From Desulfobacterales bacterium (GTDB lineage Bacteria > Desulfobacterota > Desulfobacteria > Desulfobacterales > UBA5852), in assembly GCA_963674755.2 (NCBI GenBank), contig CAXXVS010000003.1:2048001-2112000 (forward strand): DNA of 64,000 nucleotides. The letters are read 5' to 3'. The translations under genes and the position numbers were made by a program. Position 1 is the stretch's first letter. Every line of letters starts with the position of its first letter. The notes under the pieces were generated by a model. That model did no database searches. It saw only the letters and a list, made by a program, of their open reading frames with translations, and was not told the origin of the DNA. Positions 18,796-28,832 of this stretch are shown here, in pieces.

Positions 18796-19374
18796 ATGCA
18801 CAGACAATGGGAGATCATGGCCACACTCATTTGCATCGTCTTGATGCTGACCACCGGCGGCTGCCAGAAAACCGTCATCGGTTCCGGGGAGGCCATGCGC
18901 GGTCCCGGCCCGGGTGCCGGCGCGGCAGGCTCCGGTGAAACGGGCACCATGGGCGAGGAGGACTTGTCCGGGCAGTCCCGGATTGACGAGGGACCCGTGG
19001 ACGAGATCGTTACGGCCGATGGAACCGTCATGAACCGCGAGCGCTTTATCAACGAGGATATCTTTTTCGAGTTCGACAGTTCGACCCTCAGCCCCCAAGC
19101 CCAGGCCATATTGAAAGCCAAGGCCGAATGGATGGCACGCAATCCCCATTTGAACATCGTCATCGAAGGCCATTGCGACAATCGGGGTACCACGGAGTAT
19201 AACCTGGCGCTGGGTGAGCGGCGTGCCGAGAGCGTCAAACGCTATCTTGAGGATCTGGGAGTTTCCGGGAGTCGGATCAGAACCATCAGTTACGGCGAAG
19301 AGCGGCCGCTTGTCAAGGGGGACAATGAAGACGCCTGGGCCAAGAACAGACGCGCCCATTTCGAGTTTGACTAG
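18796..19374 (+). CDS. pal: Peptidoglycan-associated lipoprotein (OmpA family)
   Basis: Lipobox [54 protein letters not shown]. Confidence 0.92.
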   Translation: MHRQWEIMATLICIVLMLTTGGCQKTVIGSGEAMRGPGPGAGAAGSGETGTMGEEDLSGQSRIDEGPVDEIVTADGTVMNRERFINEDIFFEFDSSTLSPQAQAILKAKAEWMARNPHLNIVIEGHCDNRGTTEYNLALGERRAESVKRYLEDLGVSGSRIRTISYGEERPLVKGDNEDAWAKNRRAHFEFD

Positions 19375-19443
19375 TCCGCCCCGCGTTTCGGCCTGTTCCG
19401 ACCGGAAACGGCCTTTCAGGGACCCGTATAGAACCGCCTAAGC

Positions 19444-20007
19444 CTAGTTCGCCTGGCCCTGGGAAGGTGCTTCGCGATTGTGCGGCCGGGGTTCCCGCGG
19501 GGAAGTATCATGAGGTCTCGGCCGCGGCGGTTGCCAGGCAGGGGGCGTGTCGCCCGGAGGGCGATGGCCCGGCGGACGATGTCCGGGCGGCCGCCAACCG
19601 GGCGGACCGTACCAGCGATACGGATAATAAACCCCGTAGGAGCGGTCTTCCTCTTCTTGCTCCTTCAGTTCCTGTTCCAAACGATCGGCCTTGCGCTGGG
19701 CCGCTTCTGCCTGGCGGCGTGCTTCCTCGGCCTTGCGTTCAGCTTCCTCCAGGCGTTCCTGGAGCGCGTCCTGTTCGGCCTCCTCCAGCATGGCATCTTC
19801 CTGCCGCCGGCGCTGATCTTCCGTTGCGGGATCGTGGGGGAGCTCCTCCATCAGCGCGGTGGCGTTCTCGCCGTCCGGGGGCTTCGTGTTGGTGTAGTGA
19901 CGGACGCCCTTTTGGTCTGTCCAGTAGTAAAGATCGGCCGCGGCGGGCCATATATCCGTCAGGAGCAGGAGCATAACAAGCCCGGCGATGCGGAGGAATG
20001 CGGTCAT
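19444..20007 (-). CDS. DUF4124-domain exported protein
   Basis: Signal peptide, ADLYYWTDQKGVRHYTNTKPP, coiled coil, RPPG-repeat tail. Confidence 0.8.
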   Translation of the reverse strand: MTAFLRIAGLVMLLLLTDIWPAAADLYYWTDQKGVRHYTNTKPPDGENATALMEELPHDPATEDQRRRQEDAMLEEAEQDALQERLEEAERKAEEARRQAEAAQRKADRLEQELKEQEEEDRSYGVYYPYRWYGPPGWRPPGHRPPGHRPPGDTPPAWQPPRPRPHDTSPREPRPHNREAPSQGQAN

Positions 20008-20038
20008 GCCGACCTACCTTTCAGAAGCTGTCATTGCC

Positions 20039-20581
20039 TCAGGGCGTATGCCAGAAATCCCAGCTGATGCCGCCGTCGTCCATACCCGGCGTAGCGCCCC
20101 GCCCGCCGTCACTCATGCGGCCCTGGTAGCTGAAGGCCACCGACCGGGTTGCTTCAGGAACAGTATATTGCCGTTGAAAGGACCATTTTATGAAAAAGGG
20201 TTGGGTGCCAGGGTTGGCTTGCCATAACGGGTAGCTTGCCAGAATCTGGCCGTCGCCGTCCACGGCATAAGCGTTGACCCGCAGGAAATCAACCACGGTG
20301 TAATTGGCCAGGTTGCTCTGGAGCTTGACCTGGCCGGCCAGGTTGAGTTGGTCACCCTCGAGGATGTAGGTGCCCTCGATGATGATATCATTGGTTTGCC
20401 ATTGGAGTTGATGGTCTCCGCCCCGAACGAGAGGGACGATGCTTTCCGATCGGGCAAAACGCCCGTTGTAGGATAAGATGCCACTGGCGCAAGCCACTAG
20501 CCCCACCAGACTGAACAGCACCCCGAGCCGCAGGATGCGGCCTGATCCGTGACGCGTTCGTTTTTGATGTGGTTCTTTCAT
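20039..20581 (-). CDS. Hypothetical lipoprotein
   Basis: Lipobox LVAC after a basic/hydrophobic N-terminus; RBS-like purine tract. Confidence 0.7.
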   Translation of the reverse strand: MKEPHQKRTRHGSGRILRLGVLFSLVGLVACASGILSYNGRFARSESIVPLVRGGDHQLQWQTNDIIIEGTYILEGDQLNLAGQVKLQSNLANYTVVDFLRVNAYAVDGDGQILASYPLWQANPGTQPFFIKWSFQRQYTVPEATRSVAFSYQGRMSDGGRGATPGMDDGGISWDFWHTP

Positions 20582-20775
20582 GATATCGGCCCCTGTTCTC
20601 CCCTTCGATTGCCCATATGGTAAGGCTTTCTTGCCGGCAAGCGCCCCTTCGGCTTGCCAAGGCGGCACGCTGCCGCCCATGAGACGAATGGTAAGACGAA
20701 AAAGGGCGGGGTCAACGCTTCCGGCCAAGCGGCACGGGTCGTTTCAATAGGCCGACCGGGGGCCGGTCCGGTTTC

Positions 20776-21414
20776 TCAGGGCAGGGGCACCGGCGGAGGA
20801 GCGACCGCCTCCGAGGTGGGAGGCACGATGGGACCTCGATCGCAGCATGTTTCGCGAAAACGTCGGGCCGTTTCCATTTCCTGCTGCCACTGCGCCAGTT
20901 TGCCGTCCGGCCCGGTGAATCGGGTCTGCTTGAACTGCTGGCTTAAGCGCTCCCGCGCCGCAAAGGTGCGTCGGGCCAGGTTCTCATCAGGCGCCAGGGC
21001 TTCCCACACATATTGCCAATAGTCGTTACGGTCCAGGGCGACATACATGGTCTGATGATCAGGGTCGAAATAGCGGCCTTGCACGGGCAGCCAGCGGTTG
21101 GAAGCGGAGGTTGCCACCCCCTGCTGCTGTTTGACGCGGGCCAGGTAGTGGGGCACGGATTCATCCGGTCGGCGGTCAACCCGGGCCAAAATGATGGCGG
21201 GATCGTGCATCAGTTCGCCGACGGTGGCCAACAGCGCCTGGTCCCGTTGGATGACATCGTTCGTCTGGCGGCATTGGCGTTCCAACTCCTGGGGTGCCGC
21301 CGGGCAGTAAATCCATTCCTGAGCCTGCAGAGGCGCGGCTGCCAGGAGGAGGAAAACAGCGATCCCGTTTCGTATCCGGTTCAACATGGTGATGAATTTT
21401 CCCGATGGGCCCAT
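20776..21414 (-). CDS. Hypothetical exported protein (start may be 21387)
   Basis: Signal peptide FLLLAAAPLQA; 212-aa ORF. Confidence 0.6.
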   Translation of the reverse strand: MGPSGKFITMLNRIRNGIAVFLLLAAAPLQAQEWIYCPAAPQELERQCRQTNDVIQRDQALLATVGELMHDPAIILARVDRRPDESVPHYLARVKQQQGVATSASNRWLPVQGRYFDPDHQTMYVALDRNDYWQYVWEALAPDENLARRTFAARERLSQQFKQTRFTGPDGKLAQWQQEMETARRFRETCCDRGPIVPPTSEAVAPPPVPLP

Positions 21415-21430
21415 TGGTTGTTTAAAGAAG

Positions 21431-21457
21431 GCCTATCCATTATCTCTGGATGGACAC
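21431..21457. repeat. Collapsed remnant of the structured repeat (both ends, no interior)
   Basis: GCCTATCCAT resembles the left end and ATCTCTGGATGGACAC the right end of the full copies. Confidence 0.5.
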
Positions 21458-21652
21458 GGGAGAGCGTGGAAGACCCTAAACGTTCTCGTCAAGCCATAGC
21501 ACATTTCCGGCAACGGGGAAATGGGCGGCCGTGAGCGGTCGTTGACAAGGGGTGCTGAAGTTGTAGAATACGCCCATCTTTTGGCCGTCGCAAGCGCGGC
21601 CGGCCGTGGTGCGGTCGGGCCTGCGATGCGTGCCCAACGAACAGGAGCCCTT

Positions 21653-22483
<831 letters not shown>

Positions 22484-22492
22484 AGAAGACGG

Positions 22493-23575
22493 ATGACGTT
22501 AGCGAAGCTTAAAGGGTGGCTGCGGCGCATTGCGACGGTGGAAGGCCGGGAAAAGATCGCCGACAGTCCTGATACCCCCGGCCAGCCGGTCCGGGCCGAA
22601 GCGGAGCGATCCCGTTTGGTCGGCCAATCCCCTGATCGTCATCAGGCTGTTTCCGGAAAGCCGCGTCCCCCGGCCGGCAAACAGACGGCTGTTCAGCCTG
22701 CGGCTTCAAAAGCCCGTGTACGACGGACGACCCGGCAGGGCATCCCGATTTTAAACCCGGATGAAGACCTGGCACATCATTTCCTGGCCCGTGCGGACGT
22801 GCCGGAGGGGGCGCCGTCGCAGAACGCGTCCGGTCGCGAGGCCCCGGAGGGCACGGAGCGCTCCGGCCCGGCGGTCCGGCACCATGCCACCAAGGGGCGC
22901 AGGAAGAGGTCATACCGCAACCGGGCGGGGATCCGCCAACTGGACGCGCAGCGCGATCTTAGCGACTATTTTCTGCCCGCCGCGTCGGAGGAAAGCACCG
23001 CCGCCCGGCAGCCCGCCTTGAAAACGGAGAACCCTGCTCCGACGAAGATCGGACGGAGACCCAAGGTTGCCGCTGAGACCGATCGACACGGCATCCCGCG
23101 TCTGGACGATCAGACCGATTTACGCCGCTTTTTCGAAACGGCATTGGAAGACGAAGCGATTGCGGAAGATCAAGAACTGGGTGAAGTCTTCCGGGCTTCT
23201 CTGGATCACGATGCCCAGCGCCTGATGAAGAAAAAGACAGGCGGATTTTTTGCGCCCCGCCAGCTATCCCTCAAAGAAAAACTCCGCCGCTATCCCGCCC
23301 CCCAGGCCCAGCTGGATCTCCACGGCGATACGGCGCTCATCGCCCAACAGCGGGCCGACAGCTTCCTCCGAAAGGCCGGCGCGACTGGGACCCTGACCGT
23401 ACGCATCATCGTGGGCAAGGGCCTGCACTCCGAAGACGGCGCCGTGCTGCCCGACGTGATCGAAGATCTTCTGGTGGCCCTGAAACGCGACGGCCGGGTG
23501 CTGACCTTCCGCTGGGATAAAGGCCTCAAGCGCAAGAGCGGGGCAGTCATCGTTTATCTGGAACCGCCGTTTTAG
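22493..23575 (+). CDS. Smr/MutS domain protein with long repeat-containing N-terminus
   Basis: LDLHG, IIVGKGLHS, SGAVIVYL. Confidence 0.85.
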   Translation: MTLAKLKGWLRRIATVEGREKIADSPDTPGQPVRAEAERSRLVGQSPDRHQAVSGKPRPPAGKQTAVQPAASKARVRRTTRQGIPILNPDEDLAHHFLARADVPEGAPSQNASGREAPEGTERSGPAVRHHATKGRRKRSYRNRAGIRQLDAQRDLSDYFLPAASEESTAARQPALKTENPAPTKIGRRPKVAAETDRHGIPRLDDQTDLRRFFETALEDEAIAEDQELGEVFRASLDHDAQRLMKKKTGGFFAPRQLSLKEKLRRYPAPQAQLDLHGDTALIAQQRADSFLRKAGATGTLTVRIIVGKGLHSEDGAVLPDVIEDLLVALKRDGRVLTFRWDKGLKRKSGAVIVYLEPPF

Positions 23576-23821
23576 ACGTCATTCACAACAAGCGATTATC
23601 CATTCCATTCCGTCCCGCCTAACCTACTTTCCTCCCTCTTCGTTTTCACCAGATACCTATCGAAGTGGGAAATCGATTTCTCTCGTCCATATCGTTTGGG
23701 AATAATATGGGAAATAAATTACCTATATTCGCAAAGCAGATTTCTAAGAACAGTCCTCGTATTACCGCATAAATTTTATAACCATCTAAAATTATATGTA
23801 AATTCATCTATCAGGGCGGCG

Positions 23822-23837
23822 TGGCACACAGCTTGCT
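23822..23837 (+). promoter_or_regulatory. Sigma54 -24/-12 promoter of the PEP-CTERM gene
   Basis: TGGCACACAGCTTGCT; upstream AT-rich tract and repeated GGGAAAT-N2-ATT sites (23667, 23709). Confidence 0.8.
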
Positions 23838-23896
23838 ATCTACCTGGCTAACAGAACGGTTAGGTTCATTTCTGACATCAACGGAGGAAAAGTAGC

Positions 23897-24553
23897 ATGC
23901 GAAGGTGGATTGTTCTAACGGCGGTATTTTTAGTGGTGGTTTGCAGTGGGTTGGCGCAAGCTTTAACGCTGTCAGAGGATGCCCAGCTCAATATTATCAA
24001 AGAGGGTTCCTACTGGACGCAATTGCATTACAATCTTGACGGAAATGACATGACTGCCGATTCAGGGCGGTTTCATACCTTTGTGACGCAATACGGCAAG
24101 ACCATCGACACCTATTCCTATTGTATTGATCCCGAACAGGTCTTTTACTGGGACACACCCTTCGAGGTTGATTTAAAATCGTCGAATCCGGATTACATGG
24201 CGGCGGCATGGCTGGTATACAACTTCGATCCTTTCGACGGTGTGAATAAATTGGCGGGTGACAATATAGATGTGATAGCAGCCCTGCAGATAGCCGTTTG
24301 GGAAAGTGTACTTCCAGGGAGATTCAGCTATAACTATGGAAACAACGATGCCGTTGACGACTTGTACACTTCCATGATGGGTGCACTCTCAAAAGCCGAG
24401 TATTCGGGTATCCAGGGTCAGTATGCTGCTGCCGTTAGCGGGACCATGCAGGATCAGCTGGTGGCTGCTCCGGTGCCCGAACCCGCCACCATGCTTCTCA
24501 TGGGTATCGGCCTCTTGGGGCTGGGGGTGGTCGGCCGCAAGCGGCTCAAATAA
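23897..24553 (+). CDS. PEP-CTERM sorting domain protein, probable thioester domain
   Basis: Signal peptide; PVPEPATMLLMGIGLLGLGVVGRKRLK; YSYCIDP and ALQIAVWE motifs; GGAGG RBS. Confidence 0.92.
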   Translation: MRRWIVLTAVFLVVVCSGLAQALTLSEDAQLNIIKEGSYWTQLHYNLDGNDMTADSGRFHTFVTQYGKTIDTYSYCIDPEQVFYWDTPFEVDLKSSNPDYMAAAWLVYNFDPFDGVNKLAGDNIDVIAALQIAVWESVLPGRFSYNYGNNDAVDDLYTSMMGALSKAEYSGIQGQYAAAVSGTMQDQLVAAPVPEPATMLLMGIGLLGLGVVGRKRLK

Positions 24554-24570
24554 TCGCATAGGCATTCTTC

Positions 24571-24618
24571 AATAAAAAAGCGGAGGATCTCTCGCGGGAG
24601 ATCCTCCGCTTTTTTATT
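24571..24618. terminator. Bidirectional intrinsic terminator
   Basis: AATAAAAAAGCGGAGGATCTC-N6-GAGATCCTCCGCTTTTTTATT between convergent genes. Confidence 0.9.
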
Positions 24619-24637
24619 GGATAGGCAGATCCCCTCG

Positions 24638-24946
24638 TCAGCGGGAGGATGGATCGGGGGCGCCTAATTGACGTTGTTTGGCTTCCAATTTGCGGATGGC
24701 CCGGGGAATCTGACGGGCCTGAACTTCCAATTCGGAAATGCGGTCTTTGAGAGTTTCGATTTTTTCCAGGAGGGCTTCATCAACAGGCTTTTCGGCCTGG
24801 TAGAGGGTCAGGGTGAAGCTGAGACGGTTGATTTCCTCTTCGGTGGCCGCTTTTTCGGCATACTTGTCTTCGGTTTCCTTGCGAATCCGGAAAATTTCCT
24901 TCTGAAGCTCGGTCAGCACCTTTTTGGCTTTGGGCATGGGTAGCAT
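24638..24946 (-). CDS. Small coiled-coil hypothetical protein
   Basis: GAAAGGA RBS, E/K-rich heptads, TTGACA promoter upstream, terminator downstream. Confidence 0.75.
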   Translation of the reverse strand: MLPMPKAKKVLTELQKEIFRIRKETEDKYAEKAATEEEINRLSFTLTLYQAEKPVDEALLEKIETLKDRISELEVQARQIPRAIRKLEAKQRQLGAPDPSSR

Positions 24947-25086
24947 GAATCCTTTCCGGTGCCCGGTTGCACCGCCTTTCTTAAAGGCGTTTGATCCTTC
25001 GGTGCAGGGGGCAACGATTTATTGCATAAATGACTAATTTAATAATTATAAATGGATTGTCAATATGAGGCTGTCCGGGCCGGGGA

Positions 25087-26550
25087 TCAGGGGGTTTGAT
25101 CCTTGGATACGTAGAAGTCCTCGATCAGGCCCCTGGCTTTCAGCTCGCTGCCGTAGGCCAGCGCTTCGGCCTTGTCCGGGAAATGGGCGATGCGAACCTG
25201 ATACCAGGTTTTATCGTTGCTGTGGGCCTTGACGAGGTAGACATCGATGGATTGCTTCCGAAGTTCTTCCAGGTAGTGTTCCGCATGTTCAGGCTTGAGG
25301 TAGGCTGCCACCTGAAGGGTGAAAGGCTTGGGCGATGGGGCGGGAACCGTCGCCGGCACTATCACAGGCTGGGGTTCCGGAGGTGTCGCGGGCGTTAAAT
25401 AACCAACTGTATTTATAAGGAAAGCGATTGTCAGGATGCCCAGGCCGGCTGTCAGACTCCAGGTGATGCTGCGACGCAGCCGCGGAGAGCGGCGCAAGGT
25501 ATGAACGACCGCCGTCAGCCCCTTTCCGATGCGCTCCTTGAAATTGGAACCCCGCTTTAGGAGGCGAATCAAGGCGCCTTTCAGGTTCGGTTCGCCGGTC
25601 AGACCGGTCGGTCGCGCCGGGGAGCCTTCCAGTCGATAGCTGCCGGAGGGTGGCACGAAACCGGATGACATGCGGGCCAGGGTATCGTCATCCACGGCGC
25701 CGATGATGTCTCGGGCCTGGGCCAGCCAGGCCGCATTGCGTTCGGATGGGAGGACCCACCGCAGGCAGGCGGCCAGGCCGCAGCGCAACGTCTCCCAGGA
25801 AGTTTCCCGGCGGGCGGTCTCCAGGTAGACGGGCAGGGCCCATTCATCGGAACGCCCTTCTGCCAGGAAAACGCGTGACAGGTCAAGGGCCAGGTCGGCA
25901 AATCGTTCCGGGGAAACCGACATGACGCGGCGGTAGACCTGTAAGGCGGGGAAATCCGTCTGTTTGGCCTGCAGGTAAAGCCGGGCCAATGCCACCTGGA
26001 CGGTCGTGTCGCCGACCTGGGCTTCGCCGATGCGCACGGCCAGTTCCTGCTGCCGGGGCGTCAGTCCGCCTTGATAGGCCCTGGCCTGCAACCAGGTCTG
26101 GGCGATTTCCGTGTCACTGGGATCGATTTCAAGATAGCGCTCCAGGAAACCGTCGGCGGCTTCATGTTTTTCCGTCTGGGCGGCATACATGCGGGCCATG
26201 CGCGAGACCAGAGCGGGGACTCCGGAGCGGCGGGCCGCCGGCGCTATCAAAAAACTGCCGTACAGGGAGAGGACCTTCTGGTAGGCCCGTTCGGCTCTGT
26301 CCATATCCCCGCTGCGCTCCCAGACACCGGCCTCATGGAGAAGGGGGAGGATCATGCGCTGGGCCAGTCGGGAGGCCAGCCATCCGCTTCCGGCATAGCA
26401 GATGAAGAACAGGACAGCCAGTACGGTCAGCGGCACGGCCAGCCCGCCGGTCCGGTCCCATTGGGACAATATCCCCAGGCACAGCGGAACCGCCACCGCG
26501 GTCGCGGCCCAGATTTTGAAGGCGGTATGTTTCAAGGTCTGGATGGCCAT
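25087..26550 (-). CDS. Membrane protein with TPR-like region and C-terminal SPOR domain
   Basis: Two N-terminal TMs; FTLQVAAY..WYQVRIAHF. Confidence 0.8.
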   Translation of the reverse strand: MAIQTLKHTAFKIWAATAVAVPLCLGILSQWDRTGGLAVPLTVLAVLFFICYAGSGWLASRLAQRMILPLLHEAGVWERSGDMDRAERAYQKVLSLYGSFLIAPAARRSGVPALVSRMARMYAAQTEKHEAADGFLERYLEIDPSDTEIAQTWLQARAYQGGLTPRQQELAVRIGEAQVGDTTVQVALARLYLQAKQTDFPALQVYRRVMSVSPERFADLALDLSRVFLAEGRSDEWALPVYLETARRETSWETLRCGLAACLRWVLPSERNAAWLAQARDIIGAVDDDTLARMSSGFVPPSGSYRLEGSPARPTGLTGEPNLKGALIRLLKRGSNFKERIGKGLTAVVHTLRRSPRLRRSITWSLTAGLGILTIAFLINTVGYLTPATPPEPQPVIVPATVPAPSPKPFTLQVAAYLKPEHAEHYLEELRKQSIDVYLVKAHSNDKTWYQVRIAHFPDKAEALAYGSELKARGLIEDFYVSKDQTP

Positions 26551-26570
26551 TCCGTTAATGAATCCCCTTG

Positions 26571-28658
26571 TCAGTCTTTGGGCAGGTCCTCTTCCATGAT
26601 GCCTTCTTCCGGTTGGGCCGCCGGCCGCGCCGGCCCCGGGAGCGGCGTCGCGAACAGGCCTTCAGGGCGGCTTTCCACCACCGTGCCGCTGGCCGCCTGA
26701 CCGTCGGTCAGCGCCACTTGCAGGGTCTCCCGCGTCAGCGCATCCGGCGGGCGTCCGGTCTGAGGATCGATCGTTTCCAGATGGATATCTTCAGGCATGG
26801 TGAAATCGCGCACCGGTTCGCCCTCCATGGCCTGTTTCATGAAGCGGGCCCAAATGGGTGCGGCCGCGCGGCCGCCGGTGATGCCGACGCCGTTGCGGTC
26901 GCGCAGGGAGCGGTTCTTGTCGAAGCCCACCCAGACGGAGGTACTAAGGGTGGGGGTGAACCCGATGAACCAGGCATCCTGGTAGCTGTTGGTGGTGCCC
27001 GTCTTACCGGCGGCCGGCAAATCAAACCCCAGGCGACGCACCGCCCGTCCCGAGCCCTGATCCACAACCCCCTTCATCATGTCGACGATCTGGTAGCTAA
27101 GATCCGGTTCGAGCACCCGCCGGCCGCTGACAAGGTGTTCCTCGAGGATGCGGCCCTGGGAGTCTTCGACGCGGGCGATCCAGAAGGGGTCGTGGCGGAT
27201 GCCGCCGGTGGCGAAGGTCGCGAAGGCGCCGGCCATTTCCAGCGGGCTGACCCCCGAAGTCCCCAGCGACAGGGAATAGACGGGTTTCAGCGGGCTTTGG
27301 ATCCCGCAGCGCCGGGCCGTGTCCACCACGGCTTCCGGCCCGCTGCGTTCGATCAGCTGGGCCGCAATGGTGTTGACGGAGTCCATCAGCGCTTTCTTGA
27401 GCACGATGGGCCCGTGGAACGTGCGGCCGAAATTGCGCGGCTGCCAATCGGCGGCGCCGCGCACCGGAACGGTCAGGGGGCGGTCCACCATGACGGTGGC
27501 CGGCGAATAGCCGAGTTTTTCAAGGGCGGCGTAGTAGGTGAAGGGTTTGAATCCCGAACCGACCTGGCGCTGGTTTTGGATGGCGCGATTGTAGGCGGTT
27601 TCCGCATAGTTGCGCCCCCCCACAAGGGCTTTGAGAGCGCCCGATTGGGCGGCTACGGCCACCAGGGCGCCCTGGAGCGGCTGGGGTTCGTCGGCCGTTT
27701 CCGGGGCGGTGGTGCCGGTGGTCTCGGCAAGATTGTCGAGCCCGGCCAAGAGAGCCTCTTCCGCCCAGGTCTGCAGTTGGGGATCGAGTGTGGTGGTGAC
27801 CTTGAGCCCGCCGTGGTGCACCACATCGGTGCCATAGCGATTTTCCAGATCGCGGATGACCATATCCAGAAAATAGCCGCCCGGACGGGCCTTTCGCGGG
27901 GAGGATGCCAGGTGGATCGGACTGAATCCGGCCTCCTCGGCCTGTTGGCGGGTAATATAGCCGGTGGCCACCATGCGTGCCAGCACCACGCGCTGCCGTC
28001 TTTGGGCGCGTTCCATGTGCCGGTAGGGATTGTAGCGCGTGGGGGATTTGGGCAGGCCGGCCAGCAGGGCGGCTTCGGACAGCGTGAGTTCCGAAGCGGT
28101 TTTCCCGAAAAAGACCCGGGCCGCCTGTTCGATGCCGTGGGCCTGGGGACCGAAGGCGATCTGGTTGATATAGGCTTCCAGAATGTCTTCCTTGCTGTAG
28201 CGCGATTCGATCTGGAAGGCCACCAGCAGCTCGCGGAATTTGCGCATATAGCTGCGCTCAAAGGAGAAAAAGAGGTTTTTGGCCAACTGCTGGGTAATGG
28301 TGGAGGCGCCCTGGATGCGGTCGGGCTGCAGGAGCGTGATCCACAAGGCTTTCAGGGTACGCAGTTTGTCGATCCCGTGATGCCCCCAGAAACGATGGTC
28401 TTCGGTGGCGACGACCGCGTTGATAAAGTCGGTGGAAACCCGGTTGAGCGGGATGGCTTCGCGGCCGCCGATGACCATGAGGCGCTCGCCCGTGGCGGCA
28501 AAGATTTCCGTGGGCGGGGTCTCGATGATGCGGCTCAGGGGATCGGGCACCCGGGGGAGATCCTGGGCCACGACCAGCAGCAGAACCGCCAGCCCCAAAA
28601 GCGCCACACCGGCGATGGTCAAGCCGCCATAAAAAGCGGTGCGTAAGAAACGGATCAT
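26571..28658 (-). CDS. mrcA: Class A penicillin-binding protein (PBP1A family)
   Basis: EDHRFWGHHG, GASTITQQLAKN, GSGFKP (SxxK), SVN, KTGT. Confidence 0.9.
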   Translation of the reverse strand: MIRFLRTAFYGGLTIAGVALLGLAVLLLVVAQDLPRVPDPLSRIIETPPTEIFAATGERLMVIGGREAIPLNRVSTDFINAVVATEDHRFWGHHGIDKLRTLKALWITLLQPDRIQGASTITQQLAKNLFFSFERSYMRKFRELLVAFQIESRYSKEDILEAYINQIAFGPQAHGIEQAARVFFGKTASELTLSEAALLAGLPKSPTRYNPYRHMERAQRRQRVVLARMVATGYITRQQAEEAGFSPIHLASSPRKARPGGYFLDMVIRDLENRYGTDVVHHGGLKVTTTLDPQLQTWAEEALLAGLDNLAETTGTTAPETADEPQPLQGALVAVAAQSGALKALVGGRNYAETAYNRAIQNQRQVGSGFKPFTYYAALEKLGYSPATVMVDRPLTVPVRGAADWQPRNFGRTFHGPIVLKKALMDSVNTIAAQLIERSGPEAVVDTARRCGIQSPLKPVYSLSLGTSGVSPLEMAGAFATFATGGIRHDPFWIARVEDSQGRILEEHLVSGRRVLEPDLSYQIVDMMKGVVDQGSGRAVRRLGFDLPAAGKTGTTNSYQDAWFIGFTPTLSTSVWVGFDKNRSLRDRNGVGITGGRAAAPIWARFMKQAMEGEPVRDFTMPEDIHLETIDPQTGRPPDALTRETLQVALTDGQAASGTVVESRPEGLFATPLPGPARPAAQPEEGIMEEDLPKD

Positions 28659-28676
28659 AGCAGTCTAGTATTTCTC

Positions 28677-28823
28677 TATTGGCCATCCATAAATGGCATC
28701 TTTCGGCCCTGGCCGGCGTTCTCGCTCTTTGGAAATTCTCGACGCAGCTCGACTATACCTGCGGTTTCCAAATCGTTGCGGCCTTGACCGGAACCAAAAT
28801 CCCGCATTTCTGGACGGACACTC
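28677..28823. repeat. MITE/REPIN-like structured repeat, copy 2
   Basis: CCATCCATAAATGGCATCTTTCGGCCC...GAACCAAAATCCCGCATTTCTGGACGGACAC; interior very similar to copy 5. Confidence 0.85.
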
Positions 28824-28832
28824 TCTAACGGT

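Noticed and set aside
19545..19610. 15-nt periodicity in the DUF4124 gene
   Set aside because: Explained by the coding RPPG(H/W) low-complexity tail
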